DNA of 63,836 nucleotides, filler included, from Octopus bimaculoides (GCF_001194135.2; 8 parts of 8 records of this genome joined end to end with filler, not necessarily neighbours in it), one strand, 5' to 3'. Counted from the first letter of the whole stretch, positions 1 through 13,142 are shown. Notes: generated by a model from the sequence alone, not told the origin. Numbers and translations: made by a program.

Positions 1-529
1 AAATTCTAAATTTTATATCTCTGAAGAGCAGAAGAGTTGTCTATAAATGCTTATCAATATAGGATTCCATTATTAGGATAGCACTTTTGTGAAACAATTG
101 TAAGATAATTTAAAACCTAATTCAAAATTTTTAAACTGACATATTTATTATTGTTATATTATATATTTATACTTATACATATTTACATATATCTTTACAT
201 ATAGTTTTAATACAACAATTACTCTACACATATATCCTTCCGATGAATTTTCCAATATTGATTTCCTGATATTAATAATAATATATTATAAAATATATAT
301 ACAATCGCTCATGTTAAATACATGGCCATATTCATTAATGTATTATATGATTTCACAGAGTTTTAATTTCCTTTAAGCTTAGTAAATCCCTAACCGATCC
401 ATAATACTAGCCTTTAAATCATGCCATTTCAAATATTCTTTCCAGATCGGATGCAAGTTTTTTCATGAACAGATGTGTCCTATCATTCATAACAAATCAG
501 ACAGTTAGCCATATAATCAGAGAACTTAC

Positions 530-594
530 TGAAGAATTCCAACATAACTATCACTCTGACACACTACTAGAGTGCAAGACTGACAGACCAATTC
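530..594 (-). other. Candidate 65-nt internal exon of an unidentified minus-strand gene
   Basis: On the minus strand: polypyrimidine tract TTTTCTTTTCTTTTAACAAAG, then 65 nt open in one frame (ELVCQSCTLVVCQSDSYVGIL), then GTAAGT (plus strand ACTTAC, 524-529). No homology recognised. Confidence 0.3.
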
Positions 595-871
595 CTTTGT
601 TAAAAGAAAAGAAAATTTTGAAAATTCACAAAAAATCCAAAAAACTTCACATGAAATATTTAGTTGTAATGTTAGCTTTCCTGTTTTCCATACATTTGCT
701 AATTTCTTAACTTCCAAATAATTTTTTTCTTATTACCAGAAGTACAGTTGTATATTTTTTCTTAATGAAATTGGAATGAATTTTTTGAAATAAAGTTTAT
801 ATAATTTTTTTTCCTGAATTAAATTAAGTTTTTCATTGGTTTGTAACACTTTCTGTCATCACTACTGAAAG

Positions 872-872
<1 letters not shown>

Positions 873-912
<40 letters not shown>
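873..912. repeat. (TG)n microsatellite
   Basis: Perfect TG run read directly. Confidence 0.95.
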
Positions 913-913
<1 letters not shown>

Positions 914-1169
914 ATAGGTGTTAGTATGAGAGTGTCTCTGTGCATGCATGCATGTGTGTACATGTATGAATTCTCGTATGTTTATTTAAAAGGTATTTTT
1001 TAAACTTTGCCTTATTTCTTTTTTTGTACATTGCAGCAGAGGATATATATTTTCATGACACACACGAGCAAAGCATACACATGGAAAACACATACTTCCA
1101 TATCTATATAAATATATATATATTTATATATGTACATATATATACATATATGTATATATGTATATGTAT

Positions 1170-1203
<34 letters not shown>

Positions 1204-2035
1204 ATGTATATATNNNNNNNNNNNNNNNNNNNNNNNNNNNNNNNNNNNNNNNNNNNNNNNNNNNNNNNNNNNNNNNNNNNNNNNNNNNNNNNNNNNNNNN
1301 NNNNNNNNNNNNNNNNNNNNNNNNNNNNNNNNNNNNNNNNNNNNNNNNNNNNNNNNNNNNNNNNNNNNNNNNNNNNNNNNNNNNNNNNNNNNNNNNNNNN
1401 NNNNNNNNNNNNNNNNNNNNNNNNNNNNNNNNNNNNNNNNNNNNNNNNNNNNNNNNNNNNNNNNNNNNNNNNNNNNNNNNNNNNNNNNNNNNNTATATAT
1501 ATATATATATATATATATGTACATAAATACATTTATTCACATTTATATAAATGTATGCATTTATATTTACATGTGTATATTTGTGCTTCACATTGTGTTT
1601 ATATATACATATTATATGTGTACAAGTATGCAGGCTAGTTAGACTCGATTTCACCATTTTCATTTCATATGGCATAGTCTAGCATTCATATAAACACATA
1701 TACATGCACAAACACACAAATACACACACACACGCATGCATGCACACACACACGCATGCATGCATGCACACACAATCAATTCAAATGAAAAGAAAATGCT
1801 CCTTAGTTATTTTACTGATAAGAAACTTAAATACAGTGTTAATTGCAAAACTCTCTTCATGATGAGGTTTGATTGGAAACAGTAATATCTGTGTTGTTAA
1901 TAGATTTATATTTTTATGTATTTTATATCTATTTTTTATGTTTGTATTTGTATTTGGGAACAAGTGTTCTTACATGCTTCCATGTACATGCTCCCAATGA
2001 ACCAACATCTGGTTTTTTAGGTTTCTGATGATGAA

Positions 2036-2308
2036 AAGGTAAAGGTAAGATAAAGCAAGGTAAAGTTACCTCCTCGAGTCATACTGACTCATAAGGGCTA
2101 GTTTCCTGGTTTCATGGCATATACATTCCCCAACTGGATGGGACGCTAGTCCATTGCATGATTACTCATTTTTGCTAGCTGAGTGGACTGGAGCAACATG
2201 AAATGTAGTGTTTTGCTCAAGAACACAATACGTCACTCAGTCCAGGAATTGAAACCCTAATCTTACGATCATGAGTCCAACACCATAACCACTAAGCCAT
2301 ATGCTTTC
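2036..2308 (-). mobile_element. tRNA-headed SINE, family D (working label), near full length
   Basis: Minus-strand tRNA-like head at the right (plus strand AGGAATTGAAACC...CACCATAACCACTAAGCC) and an (ACCTTT)n-like tail at the left. Related fragments at about 6675-6800 and 49980-50040. Confidence 0.7.
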
Positions 2309-2574
2309 TCTACGATGAGAGGGACAAAGGTATGTCTGTAGCTCTGTATCTTAGGGTCACACAAAAGACTTTATTCTTAAAGTACTGTTTTCTTTTTAGT
2401 TTTCTGTCTAGTGTTTCAATCTCTTATTGATGTGCATCAGGGAAGGACACCTGCATGCAGATAGAGAATACACATGCAAACAAACACACATATACATACA
2501 TACAACATAAACACTTCCCTAATATAGCTAAGACTGTATCTCAAAAACTAGCCTTTCTCTTCTGAGATGGAAAT

Positions 2575-3000
2575 TATTGCAACACCTAGAAGCTACCAAC
2601 ACTCTGCAAGTCTCATTTGAGGTGCTTAGCAGTATAGTGCTCTTACATCTGGGATGTTGTTACTGCTGTGCACACAGACATCCTGCACCATATCCAGAGA
2701 AGGGTCACTCAACTGATTTGCTTTCTATCACTAATGGACATGCTCAAGCCTCTGACTCACATGCATGCTGTTTTTACCCCTATTCTTTTCAATCTTTACT
2801 ATAATGAATGGCCTGTGATCCTCAGAACTGGCTGGGCTCACATCTCTTTAAACCCATTCAATTCCATTTCTCCATCTCTTTTTACATTCCGTCACATTGA
2901 CCACTATAACTGATCCTTATTCCCGAGAACATCAGCCTTCTGGAATCTTCTCTCTGCTCATGTCATTTTTGCAAGTGCTGACTTGCAGCTGTTTAAACTT
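2575..3000 (+). mobile_element. Degenerate 3' fragment of a CR1-group LINE (C-terminus of the RT ORF)
   Basis: Piecewise translation gives CSYIWD..AVHTDILHHIQRRVTQLI..LKPLTH..FPRTSAFWNLL..ADLQLFK. This fits the YCSxxW / IQRR / L..RR / FFPRT..LWN.L pattern of CR1/L2-group RT tails. Frameshifted. Confidence 0.7.
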
Positions 3001-3453
3001 AGTTGATTTGTAACTGGGGTCCATAATAAATTTTGGGTTGTCCACGCAAGCAAGGTAGTAAATTGGAGATCCACAAAAGTATTTTAAAAGCCCATAAATA
3101 AATTTTGCTTTTATGTATATTTATTGCAAGAAACAATTAGGTTTCTTTCTTTAACTTTTTACATAAATTAACTCATTTCCAACCACTGAAACATGTTCTC
3201 ACAGAGAGTGCTGTTGCAGACCAACAGAAGTTTATGCATGGAAAAGAAAATAAGAATTTTGAAAGAAGTATTTATAAAACTAGTTTTTAAGCATTGACTG
3301 ACTATGAGGTTCCACCCAAAAGAAGTAGTAATTGAAGGGACTGTTTTAAACAAAATATTAACATGCTCTAGCTCATCAACCTTGGAAAGTTTGTTAATGT
3401 CTTGTGCATTGACCCTTTCTTCCATACTCAATAAATAAATAGTATATAAATGC

Positions 3454-3491
<38 letters not shown>

Positions 3492-3648
3492 ATTTGTACA
3501 GTGGACATCTACTTAGCTTCTGACTATTGATTTGTAATCACAAAATATCTGTCAACCTGAGGATATAGTAAAAAGTATTTGCTCAATGTACTATGCAGTG
3601 GTTTTGAATATGTAACCATGTGGTTACAAAGTGAAAATATATAATATA

Positions 3649-4048
3649 GGCACAGGAGTGGCTGTGTGGTAAGTAGCTTGCTTACCAAGCACATGGTTCT
3701 GGGTTCAGTCCCACTGCATGGCACCTTGGGCAAGTGTCTTCTACTATAGCCTCGGGGCGACCAAAGCCTTGTGAGTGGATTTGGTAGATGGAAACTGAAA
3801 GAAGCCCGTCGTATATATGTATATATGTGTATATGTATGTGTGTCTGTGTTTGTCTCCCCAACTTTGCTTGACAACCAAGGCTGGTGTGTTTATGTCCCC
3901 GTAAATTAGCGGTTCGGCAAAAAGAGACCGATAGAATAAGTACTAGGCTTACAAAGAATAAGTCCTGGGGTCGATTTGCTCGACTAAAAGGCAGTGCCCC
4001 AGCATGGCCACAATCAAATGACTGAAACAAGTAAAAGAGTAAAAGAGA
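3649..4048 (+). mobile_element. tRNA-headed SINE, family A (working label), full length with an internal (TA)(TG) microsatellite
   Basis: GGCACAGGAGTGGCTGTGTGGTAAG (A box region), GGGTTCAGTCCC (B box), CCTTGGGCAAGTG body, internal microsatellite, 3' half ending GAAACAAGTAAAAGAGTAAAAGAG. Many homologous pieces in the window. Confidence 0.85.
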
Positions 4049-4639
4049 GAGTAAGCACATAGCCATACTTACGCCAATCATATTGATAAGTTACCAGCAG
4101 CATTGAACTTTTAAGCTATGTTCAAGCAATACATGTGTATTCTGGGATCACTTTATAATGAAAAAAAAAATAAAAACCGGAAAAGGAGCTTCTATTCAGT
4201 CACATAATGTTAGAAATGATGGAAAAAATTCTCTCAAATCAGACTCAACTGTCACAAAAAAAAGTATGTACACTTAGAAAGATATAATTAAAGATAAACT
4301 GAAGAATAGACAGTCATGGCTGGGATGCATTTGATCTTCATTTTGCTTGATCTTCATTGGCTGTCCTGGGACTAAACAACAACAATATCACTACATTCAG
4401 TAATCCAGTAAGAAAATCACAGTAGTTGTACAATACAATGTAAAATAATACAAATATCATATAAATATATCCGTGATTTTTAATTAAAATTTAGAACAAA
4501 TGGATATTTAATTATAAACAATTATCTACAAATAAATCTTATAATTATAAGAAATGGCATTTTAATTAAGTATTTAATAATTAATTATTCTCTCCTTAAA
4601 CTCACAACAGCACTTTCATTTTCACTTTCACTTCCTTTC

Positions 4640-4820
4640 TCTAATGGATCTTCTACATGAACACTTAATTTGCTAGATATAGCAGTCAAATATCCTTCAA
4701 ATCATTCCCTGCAGTCTTAAAAAAATGAGCATGTTAGTTAATGTGGTCTTGAGTTCTCTGCATGTAGTAAAAAAATGGGATGATCATTGCAGGAATGTCT
4801 TTTATCTTAGAGTTCTGCAA
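4640..4820 (+). repeat. Old dispersed repeat family (fragments)
   Basis: Shares CAAATC..CCT..GTCTTAAAAAA..GGATG.TCAT.GC.GGAATG with about 4290-4385, 5560-5625 and 6880-6940. Two of these end in GGG.TAAACAACAACAA. Confidence 0.5.
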
Positions 4821-5300
4821 CAATGACTCTTACATAGCATAATATTTAAGAGGCACACGCATGGCTGCATAGTAAAAAGTTTGCATCTCAACCACATCGT
4901 TCTGGGTTCAGTCCCACTGTCTTAAAAGATTTTAGTACCACATAAGAGATTGTGTAATTCAAAATATAAACAATAACAAACCATAAAATTAACGTTTATT
5001 TTCCAAAATGAAAATAACGGTAAGAGGGAAAATAATATTTATTTTTGTATACTTCCATTTTATTTATATTTGAAAAGTTTCAGTCCCACTTTTTTGAATT
5101 GCATGTCTTTGATCCGATCCTCAAAATTAATCTTAAGTAACACATCTGCATCTATACTTAGTAGAGATAAGGGCATCCCGAATATTATTTTAGCAAGTTT
5201 AAAGTGATTTCTTTTGTACCATAAACTATTTACCATTTCTGTGGTGTTCCCTCTTTCCCTTAATGACCTAAGTACTGCTTATTTTGTTTAATGGTTAATC

Positions 5301-5476
5301 CAGCACTGAGCATGGGTAACCTTGTTTTGAGAAGCAGGCTATATGTGGTAGATCTCATCTTCTGACAGGCTTCACTAAAACACTAAAAAAAGTCAAGATA
5401 ATTTTTTATTGGGCATACCACTGAGAAAGTCCTGTAGGCTGTATGTGTACTAAAGGCTACAGTTTGCCCATGACTG
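5301..5476. mobile_element. hAT-type MITE, CpG-decayed copy
   Basis: Left end CAG..GCATGGGTAAC and right end GTTTGCCCATGACTG are inverted repeats. Flanks GGTTAATC / GGTTAGAG resemble a decayed 8-bp TSD. Homologous to 46038-46182. Confidence 0.65.
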
Positions 5477-5981
5477 GGTTAGAGGAGGATGATGATGTAA
5501 TAGCTAATCAGCTAATTTAGTTCTAGATAAATTTTGTCTGCAAACAAGTTGATGTGATAATAGTTGTAATCCCTTTGATCATAACATGCTCAGTGTGAGT
5601 TAACCTTGGGTTAAACAACAACAACAATAACAACAAAAACAGCAACAACAACAAACCACTAGAACCGCCCCGTCCCTCACCAACTTCAACAGCAGCAACA
5701 ACAACAACAACTCATGAACCAATATGAAGCAACACCTCAATGACTATCAAATAAAGGCAATGCTAACAAATATCAAATATGTCAAAAATTTTACTTTGAA
5801 AGCACAAAAGCACACACAAAAACACACACACACGCACACATACATACACACATACATAAATACACATATATATACTATATAAAAACTCATATACAAACAC
5901 ACACACACACACACACACACATATATNNNNNNNNNNNNNNNNNNNNNNNNNNNNNNNNNNNNNNNNNNNNNNNNNNNNNNN

Positions 5982-6250
5982 AGTGAGATCGTTGCCAGTG
6001 CCCCTGGACTGGCTCTTGTGCGGGTGGCACATAAAAGACACCATTTCGAGCGTGGCCGTTTTCGTGCGGGTGACACGTAAAAACACCCACTACACTCTCT
6101 GAGTGGTTGGCGTTATGAAGGGCATCCAGTTGTAGAAACTCTGCCAAATTAGACTGGAGCCTGGTGTTGCCATCCGGTTGCACCAGTCCTCAGTCAAATC
6201 GTGCAACCCATGCTAGCATGGAAAGCGGACATTAAACGATGATGATGATA
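5982..6250 (+). mobile_element. 3' part of an RTE-tail-type retroposon ending in (GAT)n
   Basis: GAAGGGCATCCAGTTGTAGAAA...CCCATGCTAGCATGGAAAGCGGACATTAAACGATGATGATGAT. The same tail occurs at about 11830-11915 (+) and 53075-53230 (-). Confidence 0.7.
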
Positions 6251-6989
6251 TATAAAAACAGACTTTATGAAAGAAAGAACAAAAGAAAGAAAACTAAATG
6301 TTGTAAACAATGATAGTAAGTTGATATTTGTTTCCGTATCAGTGATTTTATATAGAAAATATAAAGCTGATATTATCTTACTGAATATTTTGTTTAAATA
6401 TTATGTTATAAAGAATGATATCAACACATGAATATCCATATCAGATATCAGGAATATTTCTTGGTACAATGATTTCTTTTGATTATGAACTGAGCAACAT
6501 TTTCAAATGGAGAATAAGTGATTGAATTTACTCCTTGTCCTCTTCATTGTTGTTGTCTTTCTTGTCATCGTCATCATCATTGTCCTCATCGTCCTTCTTC
6601 TCTTCTGTTGTGCAGTAGATATCAATGGCCATTAACAGCTTGTATTTGTCAGATTTTGGGTTTTTAATCTGTGAAGTGCCACTCTGTTGCAGAGATAATC
6701 ATTTTCAACTGAGTGGACGAGAGCAACATGAAGTGAGTTGCATTACTCAAGGATACAGAATGCTGTCTAGACCAAAAATTGAACTAATAATCTAGAATTG
6801 TAGATTCAACAGCCAAGGTTTTTGATTCCATTTATTTCAGTGGTATTGAACTCAAATCAATACTGGTTTTACTTCTTGCAACTAAATCACCTTCCTACCT
6901 GTTCATAACCTTAAAAAAGAAAAGGACATATTGGAGAGAGTAAGATATATGAAAGAGATTTGTCTGACATGTATAACAGGTTGAACAAT

Positions 6990-7175
6990 GATAACAAGGC
7001 CAGCAATTTCATGAGAGGGATAAATCAATTATCTCAACTGGTATTTATCTTATCGACCCCAAAATGATGAAAGGCAAAGTTGACCTCAACAGAATTTGAA
7101 CTCAAAATGTAAGGAGGATGAAATGCCACTAAGCATTTTGCCTGGCATGTTAATGGTTCTGCTAGCTTACCACCT
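6990..7175 (-). mobile_element. tRNA-headed SINE, family B (working label), CpG-decayed copy
   Basis: ATCGACCCCAAAATGATGAAAGGCAAAGTTGACCTCAACAGAATTTGAACTC is the reverse complement of the family B core seen intact at 36163-37069. Confidence 0.8.
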
Positions 7176-7389
7176 GAGACTCTTTCTTATGATGTCTATG
7201 TAAAAAGAACCTACATAATTTAGTAATACTGAAACCAAGGATAACGTCTTTTATTTACAAAATATTTTAAAGATCAAAGGGCTCAAAGGGTCCATTAAAA
7301 CTTGGGCACTATACTCTCTTCCCCTAATACTATACAAGGAAATTTTCCCTGCTCATTTTGCCAGATTTATTGAGTATCAATCATCCAGT

Positions 7390-7602
7390 TCCCCCTTAAT
7401 CCAGCCATCTCTGGCCCAAATATTTTACCTGTTTTATCTTGAAATCTGCCAGATCTGGGCTCTCACACCTACCCAACAATATCATTTGATAAACAAACAA
7501 TCACACCACCAAAATTAAGAGCTATAAGATCATGTTTGATTAAAACAATATGAATTAATAAGCCTCACATTTGACAAAGTAATCTGAATGCTAGAGGGTT
7601 AA
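7390..7602. mobile_element. piggyBac-type MITE (right end intact, left end decayed)
   Basis: Ends in AATCTGAATGCTAGAGGG-TTAA. The GGG-TTAA terminus is typical of TTAA-specific elements. The left end is only partly recognisable. Confidence 0.5.
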
Positions 7603-8775
7603 GCAGTTTGCCCCAAACATTCTTCAGGTGAACACTATTATTTAAGACAATCTTGGTGAAGTTATGAAGTTGATAGAACATCAGAGAGAATACATTACAG
7701 AGAATGCATTGCAGAATTTGACCCAACTCTCTATACTTTGACCACCTGCCAAGATCACCTTTACCTTTCATCTATTTGGGATTGACAAAAAATCACCTAG
7801 TCAGAGAAGTGGAGTGTCAGATTGGCAGAACTGTTAATATATCAGGTAAGACGTTTTACAATATTTGTTCCTTTTCTCTGATGATTTCAAATCATACCAC
7901 AAGCTACTTAGGTGGTTTGACTCAACCATCTTGCATCTTAGGGGCATTTAATAAAGTCTGTCTATAGCAGAAATATGGGACAGGCATCCACTCTGAGGAT
8001 CTTTTTTCATTCTCCTTCCAACTAGTCTTCAAGGCCCTACAAAGAGCCTTTAGCACTGCCTTCCTTCCTGACTAAAAGGCAAAAAAACACAAAAGACAAA
8101 CAGAAAAAAACTTTCATTGCCCATCTTCATCAGTAGGTTTTAAGCTGCAAGAACTAAAATTCATTTCTTATTTCTCATTTCTGTTACTTTGCCCCAATCA
8201 CTTTAAAAAAAAATTGTGCCACACTACACACCAGACACATTCAACAGTCCTCCTTTCTTAGAATTACTCATCTACATAAGCACCTTCTTCATCAATGTTT
8301 TCCTCATTACATTGACTAACCATCAGCTTATAACTTTTTCTGAGTCACATTAACAGCACCCACTTACTCTTATCAAAGGGTTTGCAAGGAATCTGCAAGC
8401 ACTGTGGACACAACCCCTTCTTCACATATTAACCAATTAAAAAGAAGAGAGAGATTAATTTGCACTCTACAAAACTTAGCTCATTAAAGCCAATATAAAA
8501 CTTATGAAATTCTTTCTAAAATTTATTAATTTTAATATCAATATCAGCAATATTGCTACACACATGCACACAGATATTGGCATATATGTACATATGCATG
8601 TATACTTATATATATATATATATATATATGATCGTTGCACACACACTCAAAGACTCACATACATGAATGTGTATTCGTATGTGTGGGGGTGGGTAGTTTC
8701 CTGAAACAGTATATTCACTTAATATTATATTAGATTGCATAACAGTAATAATATTTAGAAAAAGTAAAGTAATTA

Positions 8776-8830
<55 letters not shown>

Positions 8831-9245
8831 NNNNNNNNNNNNNNNNNNNNNNNNNNNNNNNNNNNNNNNNNNNNNNNNNNNNNNNNNNNNNNNNNNNNNN
8901 NNNNNNNNNNNNNNNNNNNNNNNNNNNNNNNNNNNNNNNNNNNNNNNNNNNNNNNNNNNNNNNNNNNNNNNNNNNNNNNNNNNNNNNNNNNNNNNNNNNN
9001 NNNNNNNNNNNNNNNNNNNNNNNNNNNNNNNNNNNNNNNNNNNNNNNNNNNNNNNNNNNNNNNNNNNNNNNNNNNNNNNNNNNNNNNNNNNNNNNNNNNN
9101 NNNNNNNNNNNNNNNNNNNNNNNNNNNNNNNNNNNNNNNNNNNNNNNNNNNNNNNNNNNNNNNNNNNNNNNNNNNNNNNNNNNNNNNNNNNNNNNNNNNN
9201 NNNNNNNNNNNNNNNNNNNNNNNNNNNNNNNNNNNNNNNNNNNNN

Positions 9246-9299
<54 letters not shown>

Positions 9300-10232
9300 A
9301 TCCTCCACACACACATATGCACATCATTCTGGCAAGGGTCTAACTATTAATGTTTTGTTGGTAATAACTGAAGGAAAAAAAAAACAAAACAAAACAAAAA
9401 ACAATATAAATAAATAATATTATAAAAAAACCCAGTAAGAATAAACCAAAAACCATAAAATAACAAATCAAATATATTCACTGATATTGTAGTTAAAGTC
9501 TGAAACAACTGTAACAACAATAGCAACAAGTATAACGTGTGTGCTTTATATAGTATTCCTTGTTGGAATAAAATGAACTTGAATGCAATTTTAATGATCT
9601 CACTAATTTAAATATCACTAAGGTTTAAAGAAAAGAAAAAAAATTAATTTAGAAAAAAGAAATGAAGTTAAAATAATGTTAAAAAAATAACAATAATGTA
9701 TAAATAAAAAAAAAGAGCAAATTATGATATTTAAACGTCTTAACCTCGAAAATGTAATTTGCATCCTTTTAGTTTTTTTGCAGATATCTTTTACATTATG
9801 TTGGTGTCTGTGTGTATGTGTATATNNNNNNNNNNNNNNNNNNNNNNNNNNNNNNNNNNNNNNNNNNNNNNNNNNNNNNNNNNNNNNNNNNNNNNNNNNN
9901 NNNNNNNNNNNNNNNNTATATACATCCATGTATGTGTGTGTGCGTGTTGTATAGTTGTAAAAGTTTCAATAAAGAACATTTTTAATATAAATTTTCTCAG
10001 AAAATATTATTTAATCTTTCATAACAATTTCAAAATATAATCCTTTAATCTCTCTAAGCAATTTCAAGTGATTTTTGTAAAATTTTTCATGGCAATTTCA
10101 AACTGTTGTTATTTAATCTGACACAAAAATGAGAAAATATTATTTAATCTCTTGTAATCATACCAAAAATATTACTGCTTAATCTGTCTTTATAATGTCA
10201 AAATAGTAACATTTGATCTTTGATGAAAATAT

Positions 10233-10307
<75 letters not shown>

Positions 10308-10407
10308 AAATAGCACATCATGAACTGCAAGCATGCAGGTGTAAGGAATTAGTATACACAAGCACATAAGAATGCCCATGCATGCATGTGTGTATTCATA
10401 CAGATCA

Positions 10408-10440
<33 letters not shown>

Positions 10441-10744
10441 TGTAAGTAGAATTAGACAACTACGAATTCAGGCAGTAAAGAAAATAGGAAAAATATAAAA
10501 AAATAAAATAAAAAAACGGGAAGATATACTCAAAAATAGACAAGCTAACACATTGGAAGATATCTTTGTGTGTATATATGTGTGTGTATGTAAGTGCATA
10601 AATATATACGCGTATGTGTATATGTATAAATGTGTGTGTATATATATCTATATATATATATACATAGGCATACATATATATTTATGTGTATGGGTTAATG
10701 TAGGTATGCATATGCAAATATGCAAATATGTATATGTGTGCATG

Positions 10745-10783
<39 letters not shown>

Positions 10784-11218
10784 GGGGGGGGGAGTGTATG
10801 TGTGTGTGTGTGTATGTGTATTTATGTATTTGCATTTAGAAAAGCACACAGCATTATAAAATGTAAGTGAAAATCAGAAACAAAACCAGTTAAAAACAAA
10901 AAGCATCTCAAATGGAACAACAAAAACGACAACAATGAGAATTTACGAAAAAAAGCAAACAAATAAAACATCCCCTCCCCTAAAAAAAACAACAACAAAC
11001 GTCTTAACAGTATAACTCAAGACATATACCTAATCCTTTTGAACAGCCTTGTAATATTACTTGCCTTCATTCTACAGTCACACAATTATGCAATTGTTGT
11101 AGTGTTTCTGAAATACAAATCAGGTTTGATATGGATAAGTTATTAGTTTTTTTTCTTTATTTTTATTTCTTTTGTATTTGGTAGGTTCAGAAATAAGGAC
11201 AAGATCTACATTATCACA

Positions 11219-11610
11219 GGAACAGGCGTGGCTGTGTGCTAAGAAGTTTGATTCCGAACCAAACAGCTTTGGCTTCAGTCCCGCAGTGTGACACCTTGGA
11301 CAAGTGTCCTTTACTATACCCCCCACCCCACCCAGGCTGACCGAAGCCTTATGAGTAGATTCTGTCTTTTATCTTGTACTTGTTTCAGTCATTAGACTAT
11401 GGCCATGCTGGAGCACCATCTCGATGTATTTTGTTTTTTTTAGTTGAATGAATTAACCCCTGTAGTCATTTATTTGTTTTAAAGCCTGATATTTATTCTA
11501 TCAGTTCCTTTTGCGGAATCGATAAGTTTCAGGGATGTAAACACACCAACACTGGTTGTCAAGAGATGGTGGAGGACAAATACAAACACAAAGACACACA
11601 CACACATTTA
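11219..11610. mobile_element. SINE family A head (+, 11219-11345) abutting a family A 3' half (-, 11368-11610)
   Basis: Direct similarity to the two halves of 3649-4048, in opposite orientations. Confidence 0.75.
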
Positions 11611-12769
11611 TATGCATATCTATCTATCTATCTATCTATATTATTATTATCATACCTATGTGTGTGTGTGTGTAAATATATATATATATAAATGTGTGGA
11701 TGTATGTTACTGCCCCATCACATGATAATTTCAGGTAAATGTCATCATCATGTAAGCAGTACCCTTCGTTTCCTCTCTCCAGAGAGATATCTGGCCATGG
11801 GTATAATACTAATTTGCTTGGAAACAGGTGAGGATTGGCAATAAGAAGAGCAAATTCCATCCAACCCATGAACGCATGGAAAAGTGGACATTAAAACTAC
11901 GATAATGATGATGATTAACTATTAGGAACATTAAACTGAAAGACAATAATTAAACAAGCAAACAAATTAATTAAACAAATAAATTGCTATGAGAACTGGA
12001 ACAGGCCAAAGAACTAAAAACTCTAGGGAATATATTTGGCATTTGCCAGTCTGATTGTTTGGGTGTTTGACCAAATGAATTCTTTTTATGATACTAATGT
12101 GCATCAGGTGAAATTCCATTGACATATGTTCCCTTCATTAAAGACCTTGCAATATTTGGGATATGTAGAGTAATATACTTATTTCTACACTTTATAATGA
12201 GTGTCCTCCATATATAATGATATCTGGAATCCAATGGATTTGAAACACATGCACACATACACGCACAAACACACGCACATGCACACACACACACACACAA
12301 ACGTGTGTGTGTGTGTGTGTGTATTCCTTAGGCATTGAGAGAATAATACCTTGGAGTAGAACTCAATATACATATGCTTTAGAATGAAGCATTACTCAAG
12401 TACAAAACAAGAAAATAAGAATATGTGATGACAAAGAAGTAAAATAATTATCATATATATATATATATATATATATATAACGTGAGAGAGTTAGGGGTTG
12501 GGGGTTCAACCCACTAAGGGATAGTATCTATCCAGTATACTGCTGGGAGGGTACCCAATTATTGCTACACTAGTGCTATCCTAGGTGCAATCAATGGGAG
12601 TGGGTAAAAGTGGAGGTTTTACCCAAAATTTGAGTAACAATTAGAAAATGGAGGATAATATGCTGAACCCAACTACTTGCAGACGGTGTATCCCGTTGAA
12701 TTCATTAATCTAATTCATAGCAAAAGTGACAAAAAAAGAAAGAAAAAGAAAGAAAGAACCAAAGCACAG

Positions 12770-12869
12770 NNNNNNNNNNNNNNNNNNNNNNNNNNNNNNN
12801 NNNNNNNNNNNNNTTAATTAATTAANNNNNNNNNNNNNNNNNNNNNNNNNNNNNNNNNNNNNNNNNNNN
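12770..12869. other. Artificial scaffold join N44-TTAATTAATTAA-N44 (also 24557-24656, 30420-30519, 39760-39859, 43366-43465, 48093-48192, 56188-56287)
   Basis: The same 100-nt pattern occurs seven times. TTAATTAATTAA puts a stop codon in all six frames. Confidence 0.95.
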
Positions 12870-12905
<36 letters not shown>

Positions 12906-12986
12906 ATTTTCTCTTGTTCTGAAAGTTCTGAGGATACATCCAACTAACCTTCTGCATTTTTTTACCAAATTGGTAATATATATATA

Positions 12987-13039
<53 letters not shown>

Positions 13040-13097
13040 ATATATATACATACATATATGCATGTATGTATATATATATGCACATGTGTGTGTGCAC

Positions 13098-13142
<45 letters not shown>

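Noticed and set aside
2021-2038. Apparent 18-nt microexon (TTTTTTAG|GTTTCTGATGATGAAAAG|GTAAAG, VSDDEK)
   Set aside because: The donor is supplied by the (AAAGGT)n tail of the adjacent SINE, so the match is probably coincidental.
3649-3720. tRNA-like A and B boxes here and in other SINE heads
   Set aside because: No complete cloverleaf or acceptor stem, and they run into SINE bodies, so they are not tRNA genes.
6528-6683. Minus-strand acidic ORF (SGTSQIKNPK..DDEDNDDDDDKK..KE*) resembling a terminal exon
   Set aside because: The acceptor lies within a SINE D fragment, and the acidic stretch is explicable as a decayed (TCA/TCG)n repeat.
8200-8440. Minus-strand KKGGL motif suggesting an L1/Tx1 LINE relic
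   Set aside because: Too short and degenerate to support without a database search.
12814-12825. TTAATTAATTAA recurring seven times, superficially like a regularly spaced repeat or PacI site
   Set aside because: Always centred between two runs of exactly 44 N. It is a six-frame-stop scaffolding linker, not biology.
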